DNA of 64,000 bases from Amoebophrya sp. A120 (taxonomy: Eukaryota; Protista; Dinoflagellata): NCBI GenBank assembly GCA_905178155.1, contig CAJINV010000012.1, forward strand, positions 1,616,492-1,680,491. The letters are read 5' to 3'. The stretch's first letter is position 1; every line of letters starts with the position of its first letter. The notes under the pieces were generated by a model that ran no database searches, had not been told where the DNA came from, and saw only the letters and a list, made by a program, of their open reading frames with translations. Shown piece after piece: positions 46,805 to 58,654 of this stretch. The translations under genes and the position numbers were made by a program.

Positions 46805-47492
46805 ATCAGGCCGCGACTTTAGTCAAGATGTTGTTGCTTTGGCCCTTTCAGAAGTTCTTTTTCGTATGTACGATTTTTTCACCATACAACAATTCGATTT
46901 TGAAATGACCTGACCAACCTGGTGTCATTATTTCGACGTGTGAGGACGACGAGAGTTGAAGTTGTCAACCGATTTCTTTCCTACTGACATTGCAGTGCGC
47001 AGCTTCATGTTTTTGCAAGTTCTTATTTCCTCGGGTCGGGCTCGGGGACAAGGACAAGTACAATCGCTACGAAATGAAAAGGAAAATGTGACGCGTTTTC
47101 GCGCCATGACAACCTTGTTCCTGGCGTCGCAGTTGTTCTTCGCGAAAGAATTTCAAAAGCTACACACTGCAGCTGAGTAACTACCTAGGAGTACTACAGT
47201 TGGATATTTTCGGTTTAGTTTATTCGGGTACACGACAATGAATGACAGTCGATCATATCCTTTTTTGTAGCGTGTGGCCGTCCGTGGTTAGTTCTACAGC
47301 CTATACCCCCCCCCCGAGAAAACAAGTACAACGAACTCCGAGTACCTCTGATTCTGTCTTTCTCTCTCGGCGGCAAAGAATCCCAGCAAGATCACTCACG
47401 ATTCGCCACACAGTGCCCTTGATGATCACAAGAAGATCTACTTGATGAAGTAATCTATCAGATCTACTTATTCCTATCGGTCTCGACCCCCG

Positions 47493-50400
47493 ATGCTCAA
47501 AACCCCAACAAGAACCATGCCCGCCGCAACTGCCCAGCATTTCGCCGAATCTACCTTCCAGTTCACGCTCGCAACGCTAAACTGTTACCTGATCCCGAAG
47601 CTCTTGGTCATATCAAATGCAAAAATGTCTGGGTCTGGAAGATTGCGAGATTTGTCATGCTTGTCTGGCACGACCAAAAAGTTTGTGATGCGTGTCCAAG
47701 AAGAGACCCTTTTGCCTGTCATGCAAAAACGCAGTTTGTCATGCGAAAAACGCAACACAAAGAAGCGCAGATATTTCTCATGCTTGCCTGTGCATTACAG
47801 AGCATTTACTATTCCCAACGCAGCATTGCAAGTTTCCAGACCCAGACATTTTTACACTTGATAGGTCAACAAAGCCAACAAAACCTGTGCCAACCAGGAG
47901 GACCGAGCGAAGAAAATCGGTCGATGGATCAGTACGACGCCGGTCGATCTCTGCGGCCTGCAGGAGGTCTGGGGAAGTGATTGCTACGCGATGGAGGAAA
48001 GCGCGAACAATGGGAAAAATACAAATTTAAAGATTTCTAATACTAGTACATCAACCAGTACCAGTGGCCCCCGTGCCACCAGCACCGGCCAACTACAACA
48101 CGATCAGAATGATCCCATCTTCTTCACAAAAAACAAGTACAGCTTCCTCTACAAGTCCTGGCGCTCCACTTTCCTCGACACGCTGAAGGTCTACTTTCTG
48201 GAAAAGACCGGCGGCCTGCAGGTGGTGTTTGATACAGAGAAATTTGATTTGGAGGAGCGTTATTTGCGGAAGAAAACGTATCGAAACAGCATCTCCCGGT
48301 CAAACAAGGGGATTGTGGCCTGTCTGTTTAAGAGTAAGAAAAATTGTTTTGATCGTCATGATGGTCTTGTAGTTCCAGAGGCGGGGACTTCTACATCCAC
48401 GGCCACTGATCACTCTACGCCGCATGAAAAAAATAAGTACGTGCTGCTCTTCAACACGCACCTGGATCATGTGAACTTGCAGAACAGCCAGAGTAAGCAG
48501 CTGCAGGAGCTGGCGGACTTCGTGAGGGAGACCGTTTCCGAAATTCTGTTTTGTTCTTCGACACCAGCTGGGCAACAAGGTGTAGGCGTGTCATCAGAGA
48601 GAAGTAGAAATGGATTCAATATCAACCCCGAAAGCCTCGCTATTTTCATTCTCGGCGACTTCAACATCGATGGGGGCGTGGCGGAGGAAGTGGAACAGAA
48701 ACAAACGAGAAAGCAGAGGCTGGTAACCGAAAGTAGACATCTGGCGAAGAGGATCCGAGAATACATTTCAAGCGCAAGTAGAACAACTTCCAGCACGTCA
48801 AGCACCTGGGGCAATTGGCTGGACAGTTTTCTGTACCCGAACCCGGAGGACAACGGACCGATAGCGATGGCTCGGTACTTTGAAAGCGTTGGGGAGGACG
48901 AACAGGAGAGGTTGTACGGGGAACTGTGCAGAATGTTTGACAAAGTATATTGCGCAGCAACCTGTCTCGGACTAGAGCAGTTGCTAGCATGCTCCTGAGA
49001 TCAATGAGATCAGAGATGTAGGATCAAAGTATACCGATAGGTGGATGATCTAGCAATAGCCTAGAGGGGTCACACGAGTAGGATCACTAGGACCACATGG
49101 GTCACATGGGTCACGCAGGACACTACACCACTAGGATGGTGATGATGATAATCATGCCAATGGTAACAACGTACACACAACAGTGCCAGAATGGCTCCTG
49201 GTCTACGGGCCAGTAGCTGGAACAATAAAAAGCCCTTTCTCTCCGTAGTACCTACTAGGTAGGTGCTTAGATAGTAACTCTGTTCTCTATCTTCGGACAG
49301 CATGCTAGTGAGCATGCCTAGTCCCTGACGCTTGAGACGTCCACAGAGTTATGAGCCCAACCATTCCCCCAGTGGGAAAGGTAAGAACTACTAGCCCCCT
49401 GTACCTAAGGAATTTGGGGGCATTAGGAATTTACTTTGTCTGGTTTGTCTTTTGCGCTGGGATTTATTTCTCAATAACATGCTGGTGGCCGACGTTTCTA
49501 CTCGTAATCGCAAAAGCAAACTTGAGTAAGGCACCAAGCGAGTTCTGCAGCTGTTTCTGCAGTTCTCACGCTTTTCGCGCATGACAAACGGGGGCACTTT
49601 TGCGCTTTGGTGCAACCATCGCAACTGCACGCAACCACCACCAAAGCTGTTGCATACAGCTTGAGGAAGAGCTCTCTGTCGATGGGGTCATCGGTCAGAA
49701 TGAATTAACCGCAGGGGAGTAGGGATTTAGCATGCCGAGAGTGCGTCTACCGCCCCAGAGATGGGAGCGTGGGCATTTCCTAGCCTAAGAATAGGGAGCG
49801 ATGACAGTTATAGCGCTGTTCTTTCGCCATGTTTCCCTATCAGCCTTCATGCCTTGCGCATAGTTTGCTTCGCATCTGTTTTGCGAATAGAAGCACTACG
49901 ACTACGTATATTCTTAGCCTAGACAAATGCTACTTACAGCGCTTACGTGTTTACGAATCTCGGTCAGAAGATTCGACTAAAGCCAGCAAGAGATGGTAGG
50001 CGCAAGCTACTCAGGACGGATCGCACCTTGATCCACGTCCAGAGTAGGGTCGCTGCATCTACTTGTAAGAGCTCAGGACGAACAGGAGAGGCTGTACGGG
50101 GAGCTGTGCAGAATGTTTGACAAAGTAGATGACAAACCACTACCACACCGTGGACGAGGAAAGGTATCTACTTCGTCATCCAGTAGTACCACACCGACGC
50201 CGACCTCCGGCACCATCCTGGGCGGAACAGCAGATGAAACATCAGCCGCGTCTTCAGGTTTGCGGGATCTGCATAGGGAGTTCTGCATGACAAAGAACCA
50301 GTCTACTTCCACCAATGATCTACTGTGCAACACCTTCGGCCCGAGCGCGGAAAATTCCTACGTGCCGGAGGAATATTCGACGCGGAGATTGGATTACTTG

Positions 50401-50637
50401 TTCGCGGTGGATTCGTTGGAATTGTGGGTGCCTAGTTGTTGTGATAGGACGGACGCTGAAGATGTTGCAGCTGAGGAAGCAAAGGTGGTAAAGAGCGAGG
50501 GTGCCATAGCTGCAAGAACGTCGAAAAGAACAATCCAATTTCTGAAGTCACAAGTGAGAGCACTCAACGTGGTGAAACAAGAGTACGGGCATGAGTTCAG
50601 TGATCATTGGGGCCTGCAGGCAGAGGTGGTGATTTGA
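47493..50637 (+). CDS. EEP-superfamily phosphodiesterase (neutral sphingomyelinase-like)
   Basis: TLNCY, GLQEVW, SNKGIV, FNTHLD, ILGDFNID, RRLDYLF, SDHWGL; introns 47611-47863 (introner) and 48945-50076 (GT-AG). Confidence 0.85.
47611..47863. mobile_element. Introner family A
   Basis: TIRs; perfect DR GGTCA; removal restores KLLVNKANK. Confidence 0.92.
48895..50127 (+). repeat. 53-bp exonic direct repeat (48895-48947 and 50075-50127) flanking a 1.13-kb insert
   Basis: AGGACGAACAGGAGAGG(T/C)TGTACGGGGA(A/G)CTGTGCAGAATGTTTGACAAAGTA twice. Confidence 0.9.
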
Positions 50638-50884
50638 AAGACTTGGAAAATGACTATGAGGACGAAAGCTATTGGGTTGCTTTTTGCCAACCATAGCAGT
50701 TTAGTTTTCCGTGTGTTCATCTCGCAAAGCACACAGTTGCTCGTCAACCTAAGTGCTTAGGTAAGAGCGATAGAGCAGAACCATGAGCGCGCTCTAGCAA
50801 GTTTGCAATAGGCCAGGCCCGGCAGGCCCTTTTCGGTAGGTATAAATGGCGCGCCCTCAGTTGTGTCTTTCTATTGGCGGTTTT

Positions 50885-51492
50885 TCTCTCCTACCTACCA
50901 CTTGGCGCAAGAACGTTGGCTGTAGCTGGCCTACCTACCTGCTACTACTAGCTCTGGCCGGCTGTCGCTGGCCTTGATCAGACCCGACCTACCTACTTGA
51001 AGCTGCTGACAGCGCCCGGCTTTGGTCAGAAATAAACCTGCCCGACCTACCTACGTACCTCAAGCGACTGACCGGGCCCGGTCTTGGTCAGAAAATCTAC
51101 CCGACCTACCTACCTGAAGCTTCTGAATGACCGCGCCCGCTCTTGCTTAGAAAATTTCTTGCGCGACCTGCCTACTCGACGCTGTTGCTACTTGCTGGTG
51201 AGATCCGATCTCCCCGACCTACCTACTACTTGACCCTATTGCCAGTCGCTAGATGTGGCCAGGGATTTCGGATCTACCCGACCTACCTACTAAATGCTGG
51301 CGGCCGTAGCTAGGCCCTGCCGCCAGAGGTTTCAGATCTTCCCGACTTACCTACTTACTCACTATCGATGTCTGGCCGTGGCCGCTGGCGATGATCACAA
51401 ATGCCCGGCCTACCTACCTACTACCGGAGGCGCCTGGCTGTCTGCAGCTGGCCTCGGTCGGAAATTTCGGATCTACCCGACCTACCTACTAC
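50885..51492 (+). repeat. degenerate ~60-bp tandem array with conserved CCGACCTACCTAC core (~11 units)
   Basis: Core at about 50983, 51042, 51101, 51163, 51214, 51278, 51342, 51405 and 51477, plus partial cores at 50890 and 50930. Confidence 0.8.
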
Positions 51493-51620
51493 CGCATTTT
51501 TTTTTTGTGAGTAGATGGCGATGTTGGAAAAAAAAAAATCTCAAGGAAATTCTACCGACGGCCTGACAGAGATTTATATAAGCAATGCGACTCGCATTGA
51601 CTCGCAAACCGGTCGCGTTT

Positions 51621-51976
51621 TGTCGCATTGCTCGCATTGCTCGCATTGCTCGCAAATCGCGAGGGTCGGCCAGCAGCCAGGTGCGCGGCAATGAAATTCG
51701 CACCATACCGACGTTATTCGCGAACTACACGACGGCGCACTGGCCTAGGACGACGAACACACACCCACGCCAGCTTCGCCGCCTGCTAGAACTAGGTAGG
51801 TAGGCTATAGATAGGATTAGGGCTACGACCTCGAGGTAGGGTCTGAGGGTTAGCACTCGCAGAAGAAGTTGCGAGAAGTACTCGCAAGACCTGCGACAGA
51901 TCCGCGCGTTCGCAACTCGCAAGGCCTCGGATCGCTGTCGCATTGCTCGCATTGCTCGCATTGCTCGCAAATCGCG
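51621..51976 (+). repeat. 41-bp direct repeat containing (CATTGCTCG)3
   Basis: TGTCGCATTGCTCGCATTGCTCGCATTGCTCGCAAATCGCG at 51621 and 51936. Confidence 0.85.
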
Positions 51977-52399
51977 GCCGGAAAATCCTTATATAATTGA
52001 CTGGCCTGAGGAGATTCTCCCTCAAGGAGATTCCCCCCCATAAAATTTGAATTGTGAGCTGGCGTGGAGCTTCATGCTCATAGCAAGCATAGAAAGATAT
52101 AGTGGACAAGACGAGCGTTGGCGCTCGTGCAAGATGAAGGGACGAGCGTGGGCCAAAGTACGTGCGCGCCGACCGTTGCCACCAAGAGCCCCCGGCCCGC
52201 CTGTGCACCGGGGGCGGAATACTTGTTGGCCCTGCCCTTCGCCCGCCTGCCCCGCCCGCGTGGCGCCAGCCTTGCTGCAGCATCAGCCCAGGCTGCGCAG
52301 CTCCGTCCTTACATACAAAACGCGCGCAGCAGCTTTCCTCCTGATTGGCTCCCGGCGGCGCGGTGGCAGCATTTCTTTTTTTCGGTGTTTTTCGTCTTT

Positions 52400-54200
52400 G
52401 AAACTGGACAGAGCAGGACAGCTTCTGCTTTTGCGCGCGCACTCTCTCGCCAGTGGTTAGCAATAAAAATGCAAAAAAAATTTCGCGTTGCGCGCGTGCC
52501 CCTACCTGTGGGCCCCTTTGTAGCCGGTGCGGCTGTGTGGCTTGCACGGCCGACAGCAAGAGCCGGCTAGCTTTTTTTGCTCGCGCGCATTCCCGGGCCT
52601 TGCAGAGCAACGACCTTGCTCCGCACACGAGCAGCGCGCGCTGCGTCCTCCCTTTCTTTGCGCCGACGGCGCTGCGCTTCAAATTCCTGCACCGTCGCAA
52701 CGGCTTTTTTTATTTCGGGCGCGTGCCGCGCCCGCTCTGCCCGTCGTTGCTTCGCGCCGACGGCCTCGCGCCTTCGTTCGCGGACCTTCAAAATTGCCTC
52801 CGCGCGCGCGCAGCACGTGCTCCGCTCCTCGTTGTTTCGCGCTGACGGCTTTGCGCTTTTTTTTCACGAGCGCACGGCAAAAATTTTTGTCGCGCGCGCG
52901 CCACACGCGTTCCACCCTTCGTTGCGCCGCATCGATGCCCTTGCGCTTTCTTTCATGGGCGGCCGGCCGACAAAAAAAACTTTCTTACGCGCGCGCTGCG
53001 CGCGCTCCACCTTTCGTTGCTTCGCGCCAGCGCCCTTGTAGTTTGTTGCTTGCGCAGGTGCCAGACAAAAATTTTTTGCGCGCGCGCCCAACCTTTCTCT
53101 GCTTCGCGCTCGCCAGCCCCCCTGCAGTTTCTTGCACGGGGGCCCGAAAAATTTTTTTTTCGCTCGCGCGGTGCGCGCGCCCCATCCTTTGTTGCATCGC
53201 GCCAGCGCCCTTGCAGTTTCTTACACGGGTGGCCGACAAAAATTTTTCTCGCGCGCGCCAGCGAGCTTGCACTTTCTTGCACGGGTGGCCGACAGAAAAA
53301 CTTTTCGGGCGGGCGCAGCGCGCGCTGCATCCTTCGCTGTGTCGCGCTACCGCCCGCGCAGTTTCTGTCTCTCACGGATAACCGACGAAAAATTTTCTCG
53401 CGCGCGCTGCGCGCGCTTCATCCTTCATTGTTTCGCGCCAACGGCCTGGCGGTTTCTATCTTGCGCGGGCGACCAAAAAAATTTTTCTTTCCCGCGCGCG
53501 CTGCGCGCGCCCCTTCCTTCGCTGCTTCGAGCCAACGCCCTGGTGGTTTCGTATCTTGGACGGGCGACCAAAAAAATTTTCTTCCTCGCGCGCGCTGCGC
53601 GCGCGCCATCCTTTATTGCCTCGGCTCGCGCCAACGCGCTGGACGAGGCTTCTACTATGCACGGGTGGCCGGCGAATGCGAAAACTTTTTCTCGCGCGCG
53701 CGCTGCGCGCGCTGCATCCTGCACTGCCTCGCGCCAACGCCCTGGCGGCTTCTACTTTGCGTTTGCACGGCCCGGCGACCGGCGAAAATTTTCTCTCGCG
53801 CGCGCGCTGCGCGCGCTCCAACCTGCATTGTCTCGCGCCAACGTCCTCGCCGTTTCATTCTTGCGCGGGTGGCTGACAAAAAGTTTGCTCGCGCGCGCGG
53901 CGCGCACTGCTCCACCTTTCGCTGCTTCGCGCCGGCGCCTCGGCAGTTTCTATCTCGCACGGGCGACCGACAATTTTTTTTTTGGCGCGCGCCTGCACTT
54001 GCGCTATCAATCCGCGGCTTCGCTGCTTCGGCCTCGCGCCTTTCTAATTTCTTGAACGGGTGGCCGACACAAATTTTTTTTCGCGCGCGTGCCGCGATCG
54101 TGCTCTTCTTCTTCGTTGCCCTACGCCGAAGGCCATACGTGTCTGTTCGCTCGCGGCTGGCCGGCGAAAATCTCTTTCATTCACGGGCGCGCGATTTGGT
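52400..54200. repeat. degenerate ~90-bp minisatellite with A/T tracts and (CG)n runs
   Basis: Unit resembling CACGGGTGGCCGACAAAAATTTTTCTCGCGCGCGCTGCGCGCGC..TCGCGCCA, about 15 copies. Confidence 0.8.
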
Positions 54201-55029
54201 TTCTTGGGTGTGGGCATTTGGCGTGTTGTACTCGGGCTACCCCGGGTCGTGGGTCCATGGGCTTGATGTTGCCGATTCATTATCTCGGTGGGGCGCCGGC
54301 CGCCGCAAGTTGCAGGGCCTGTTGTTCCGGTCGTTAGGGAGGGCCCGCCTTGGCGGGGTGCCCTTGAAATCGCGCCAGATGAACAGCCCGGGGCTCGTTG
54401 CCCTTGCAATCTCGCTGAAGTTGCTGAGGGGTGGCCTCCTTTTCAAATTGCACCCACGCAAGCATGCAGCGCCTGAGCGGCTGCCGGGCGCCTGGCCCTT
54501 GGCTTGGGGTTGAGCTCTTGTTGCGCGACTTGCCTCGCGCGCTTTGTGTTTCGTTTGAGGTCGATTCTAGGTGGTCGTGGGGGTGGTTTGCCTTTGAGGT
54601 CGCTTCAGAGCGGGTGCGGGGTGATCTGCCTCTGATGCGCTCTGGTGCGAACGGCTGAGAGGCGACTTGCCGTTAAAGCGGTCGAGGGACGACTTGCTTT
54701 TTGTTGCGGCTTCGCAACGGCCACATCGGGCAGAATGGGCGTGAAATTGCGGCCGTTCTTCGGGCTTTATAGGGCAGTGCACGTGTGAGATTGCATGGGG
54801 CAAAGCGCCCTCTAGCGCGGCGCCATAGTCGGCAGGGCGCCCGGGAAAGGCTTCGTAGGGTCTTGCGCCCTTGAGCTTGCGTCTGCGTCGGGCCGCATAG
54901 GGCAGTGCGCCCGCCCTTGAAGATGCGGCTTGGGCCGCAGAGGGCGCCTCGCCCCTGGAATTGCACTGCGCCCGGGCGCCCAACCCCAAGGGCGATAAGT
55001 CCCGCTTTTGTGGTTTTCTGGCGGGCTAT

Positions 55030-55325
55030 GAGAATCTCCTTGGCAAGGAGATTCTCCCACGTTCGGGGAGAATCTCCTTGCCAAGGAGATTCTCCTTGGG
55101 AGAAGGGGAGCGAGACGGCGGGGGGAGGTGAAGGAAAAAGAAGCACATGAAGGAAAAAGAAGCACATGAAGGAAAAAGAAGCACATGAAGGAAAAAGAAG
55201 CACATGAAGGAAAAAAAAAAAGAAAGAAGAAAAAAGAAAAGGAAGAGGAGGGGGAGGAGGGGAGGAGATTCTCCTGGGGGTCCAGGAGAATCTCCTTGGG
55301 CCAAGGAGATTCTCCGAGATTTTCC
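55030..55325. repeat. GAGAATCTCCTT/AAGGAGATTCTC palindromes flanking a 19-bp tandem repeat
   Basis: Hairpins at about 55030, 55068 and 55285; (TGAAGGAAAAAGAAGCACA)4 at 55129-55204. Confidence 0.85.
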
Positions 55326-58300
55326 TTGAAGTCGCCCTCTCTACGCCACGTATCGCACCTTTTCGGCCCGCCCGACCGACCTACTGCGGGACATGGGCCG
55401 GGACTGACCCAGGCCAAAGATCTCCGACCTGCCCGACCTACCTACTAACGGCACCACCCTGATTGTGCCTCCCGAGCGCGCGCCGATCAGAGTTGGCCCT
55501 GCGGTCTGCCTGACCTACCAAATACGGCCGCCGGCGCGAAGGTGCTGAGATCGCTGCTCTTTTCTTGCCTGCCGCCGCGTGTTTGCTTTTGGTTTTGTTT
55601 TCTGGGCTGGCCGCGCCGGCATAGGCGACGTTGGCTACGCCGCACGGGATGGCGGCCGCTTGCAAAGAAAACGTGGCCACTTTTGGCGAATTTCCGAAAG
55701 TTGTGCCCGGAACCGAGCGGGACCCGGCGCTATGCGGCCGGTGATCCGGGCGCCGCGGGGGGCGCCCAAGGGGCGAAGAACTTGCGGGGCCACAGCATGC
55801 CGATTAGCCTCATGCGCCTGGCGCGCGTTTTTTTTTTGTTGCGCTTTTTTCGCCTGCGCCTTTTGTGAAGCTTTCGCCGCTCAGGGGCCAGCGAAAGATC
55901 GGGGGGGGGGGCCGCTCCCTAAACTGCTCCGCAATCGCGGAAAAGCCAGGCGGTTCCGCGGTTCTGATTCTCGGTTGGGCGCCCCAACTCGACGGGGTCC
56001 CACGCGGCGGGCGCCTCAGAAGGTCGTCCCTTTTGTCGGCCCCCCCCGTCGCTTCATCAAGCGGCGGCCAGTCGAATCCGCTGGCGACCCGCTGGTGACT
56101 GATAAAGCGGAACAGGCTGGCGCGCTTTGAGTTTTGCTTCATGCAGAGACGCGCTCTAGGTATGTTGAAGCTGGGCGCTGGCGCGTGTGGGCCCGTACTA
56201 GAGCCTCTGCCTGCCCTACCTACTTCGTAGCGGCCTACCTTCTGCCCCACCTACCTACCCACGCAGCCAGCCCCGGCGCTGCTCGATGCCAGGCGCCGTC
56301 AATCTGCTCGACCTACCTACCCCCGCGGCTGGGACAGAGAGGTCGCAACCAATGCTGGGGTGGTTGCAAGAGCTAGGGCCAGAACGCTTCCCGACCTACC
56401 TACTACATGCCGCCCCCCCGCGCAAGCAAATCGGCGCGGGCCGGGCGAAGGCAGCTGTTATCTCCGCCCAGTTCTTTGAGTGTGAGCCGCGCCGCGGGTG
56501 TGGGTTCCTGGGTTTTCCATTTGCATTTCGCGACAAGAAGGCCGGGCTCTGCTTGTTGTGCGCTTCAGATTGCACGGCGCAGATGGTTTTCCTGTTACCA
56601 ATGAGCTTGGGGGCGTAGGCTTTTTCGGTTTTTCAGTAGGTAGGTAGACAGCTGGGCTGGCTGCTGTGAAGTCACCCGAGGCAGCCCTACACCTGCTGTT
56701 GCCAGGGCCGCCCTACCGACCTACCCCGGCATCGCCGCCGCCGCGTGTCTACGTATGGGCTGCATATGTGTTTGGGCCTGGAAGGTTGACACAGTGCCGA
56801 GCCCCACCAGTATCACATCAAGACTCTTGAAAAATAAGAATACGCGAGGCACGCGCTACAGCCTTCGTCACAGCGAGCGTGACAATTTTGAGGCCCTGCG
56901 CCTGCCGCTTGCCTGGTGTCTGCGTGGTAGTTTTTCGTTTGTTTGTCGGTATTCATGCAGCCGACGCAATACAGAAAGACTTGCCAGGCCCGAACATATT
57001 TGCAACGCATGCCGCCCCTCCGAGCCCAGGCATCCAAGTGCATTGCGTCCGCAATGCAGTTGTCTTCAAAGGTGTAGCCCGTTTTTGCATTCTTGCGTGT
57101 CTTGCGAGACAAAAAGTATGTCACGCACAGCATGCGCAAACGAGGATAGGCCAAACGGCTACAAAATCCCTTCGAAGACAACTGCTCTGGGGACTCATTT
57201 TTCCTATCCGACCCCGTTCTTCTTCCGACTTAGCTAATGTTAATCTATCTAGTTCATCATACTACCCTACTGCACTACCTACCGAAAAGGGCCTGCCGGG
57301 TCTGGCCTACTCCAAGTTTGCTACGTATGACTAGAGAGCTATTTCACATGTCCCTGAGGGTGCTGTTTTGTTTTTCTTGTTAGAAAGGGAGACCGAGTAG
57401 CAAAATACAGGGTCAGCGGCAGCCCAAAACGTGCACCCGGCTCGTGGGTGCAGTCCCTCGGCCCGCGAGAACGGGGCGCGCGTGCCGTTGCTTGGCATAC
57501 AGGAGGCCCGCGGAGCGGTTTCCTTTTTTTGCATGTGCAAACGGCTCGCAGGTTGTGTGCGACCGCGGTATTAGGCGGCCCGCCGGCCCGGATGCGAGTG
57601 AATGGCCGCGGGGCAGCCAGACCGGTGGGCGCGTGTGCGAAAGCCCCGCCGGCCCGGGGGACGCAGTTCGGCAGCGACTAGCCCGGGAGAGATCGGCGCT
57701 AGCCCCTGCCCTTTTATTTGGGCGCGGCGTTTCGCCTTCGCCGGAGGGATGCGCAGCGGGCGGCCGCGCGCGCCTTGCGCGGGGGGGCCGCGCTCCGGAG
57801 TTGTCAAGTCGAAGCGGCAGTGGCAAAGGTAACAAGGACGGAAAAAATTCCGACCGATCGCCCCTTCCTATTAATTCTGGGCCCGGGCGCCCTGCCGCTG
57901 CGCCCGGCCTCCTTGCCCCCGGCGTGTGGCGAGCCGTGGTCTTGCGCCAGCCTTTGCGCGCCCTGCTTTGCGGCCGCACTGAATGGCCCGTCCCGATGAT
58001 GGCCCCGGCGGCGCGTTCCGTGGTGGCTTCGTTCATCCGCCCGAACCGTTCGCCCGGCGTTTTTTGGCATTGCCCGGGCCAGCGAAGGGGGGGGCGAGCA
58101 GCATAGCCTGGGGGCAGAAGCATTGCGGGGCCCGGCCTGCATGAGCCCCCCCCCCCATTATGTTTGGCGTGGAATTGCTCTGCCGGGCCGGCAGTGTCCT
58201 TCGCGCCTATTTGTTTGCGCACTTGTCTTATCGACGCAGGCTGCCCACTGATTTTTGCCACCGATCGGGACTCGTTCTCACCCCAGCTGTAAGCAGATCA

Positions 58301-58654
58301 AAGAAGCCAGCGCAAGACGGACGCCTACTACAGTTTTGTGTTGGGCCGCTTGCGCCTCAGCGGGGCGGAGTTTGTTTGCGTGTGGGAGTTGGTTTGCGTG
58401 CGGGGTTCGTTTTCCTTGGCACCGAGCACACCTGGGCTAGCGAGTCGACAGCCATCCTTGTATATCGAATTTTCTGTAGTAGAAACCGCCACACTTTTCA
58501 GATGCAGATCCCAAGCAGCCATTAGTATCTGACCCCGCAGATGAGTCAGTGCCAGATGATCCACTTATCCCAATTTTGAGGCCCGTGTCCAGCAGTTTGT
58601 TATCTCGCACATCCAGTTTTTTCCGACGATAGCAAACAAACAACTACATTAACC

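Noticed and set aside
1-47863. Many short ORFs sharing MSGSGR, FQTQT, CLGLE or VWVWK peptides as a protein family
   Set aside because: These are translations of the family A TIR in different frames
47493-50637. Third retroelement endonuclease
   Set aside because: Motifs (NTHLD, GLQEVW) fit cellular sphingomyelinase-like EEP enzymes; it has introns and no RT
50885-51492. CRISPR array from the CCGACCTACCTAC repeats
   Set aside because: The core is only 13 bp and the spacers resemble each other, as in a degenerate tandem repeat
51792-58261. Long ORFs such as 53017-54513, 52527-53381 and 57413-58261
   Set aside because: Arg/Ala-rich translations of GC-rich repeats, open in several frames, with no domain
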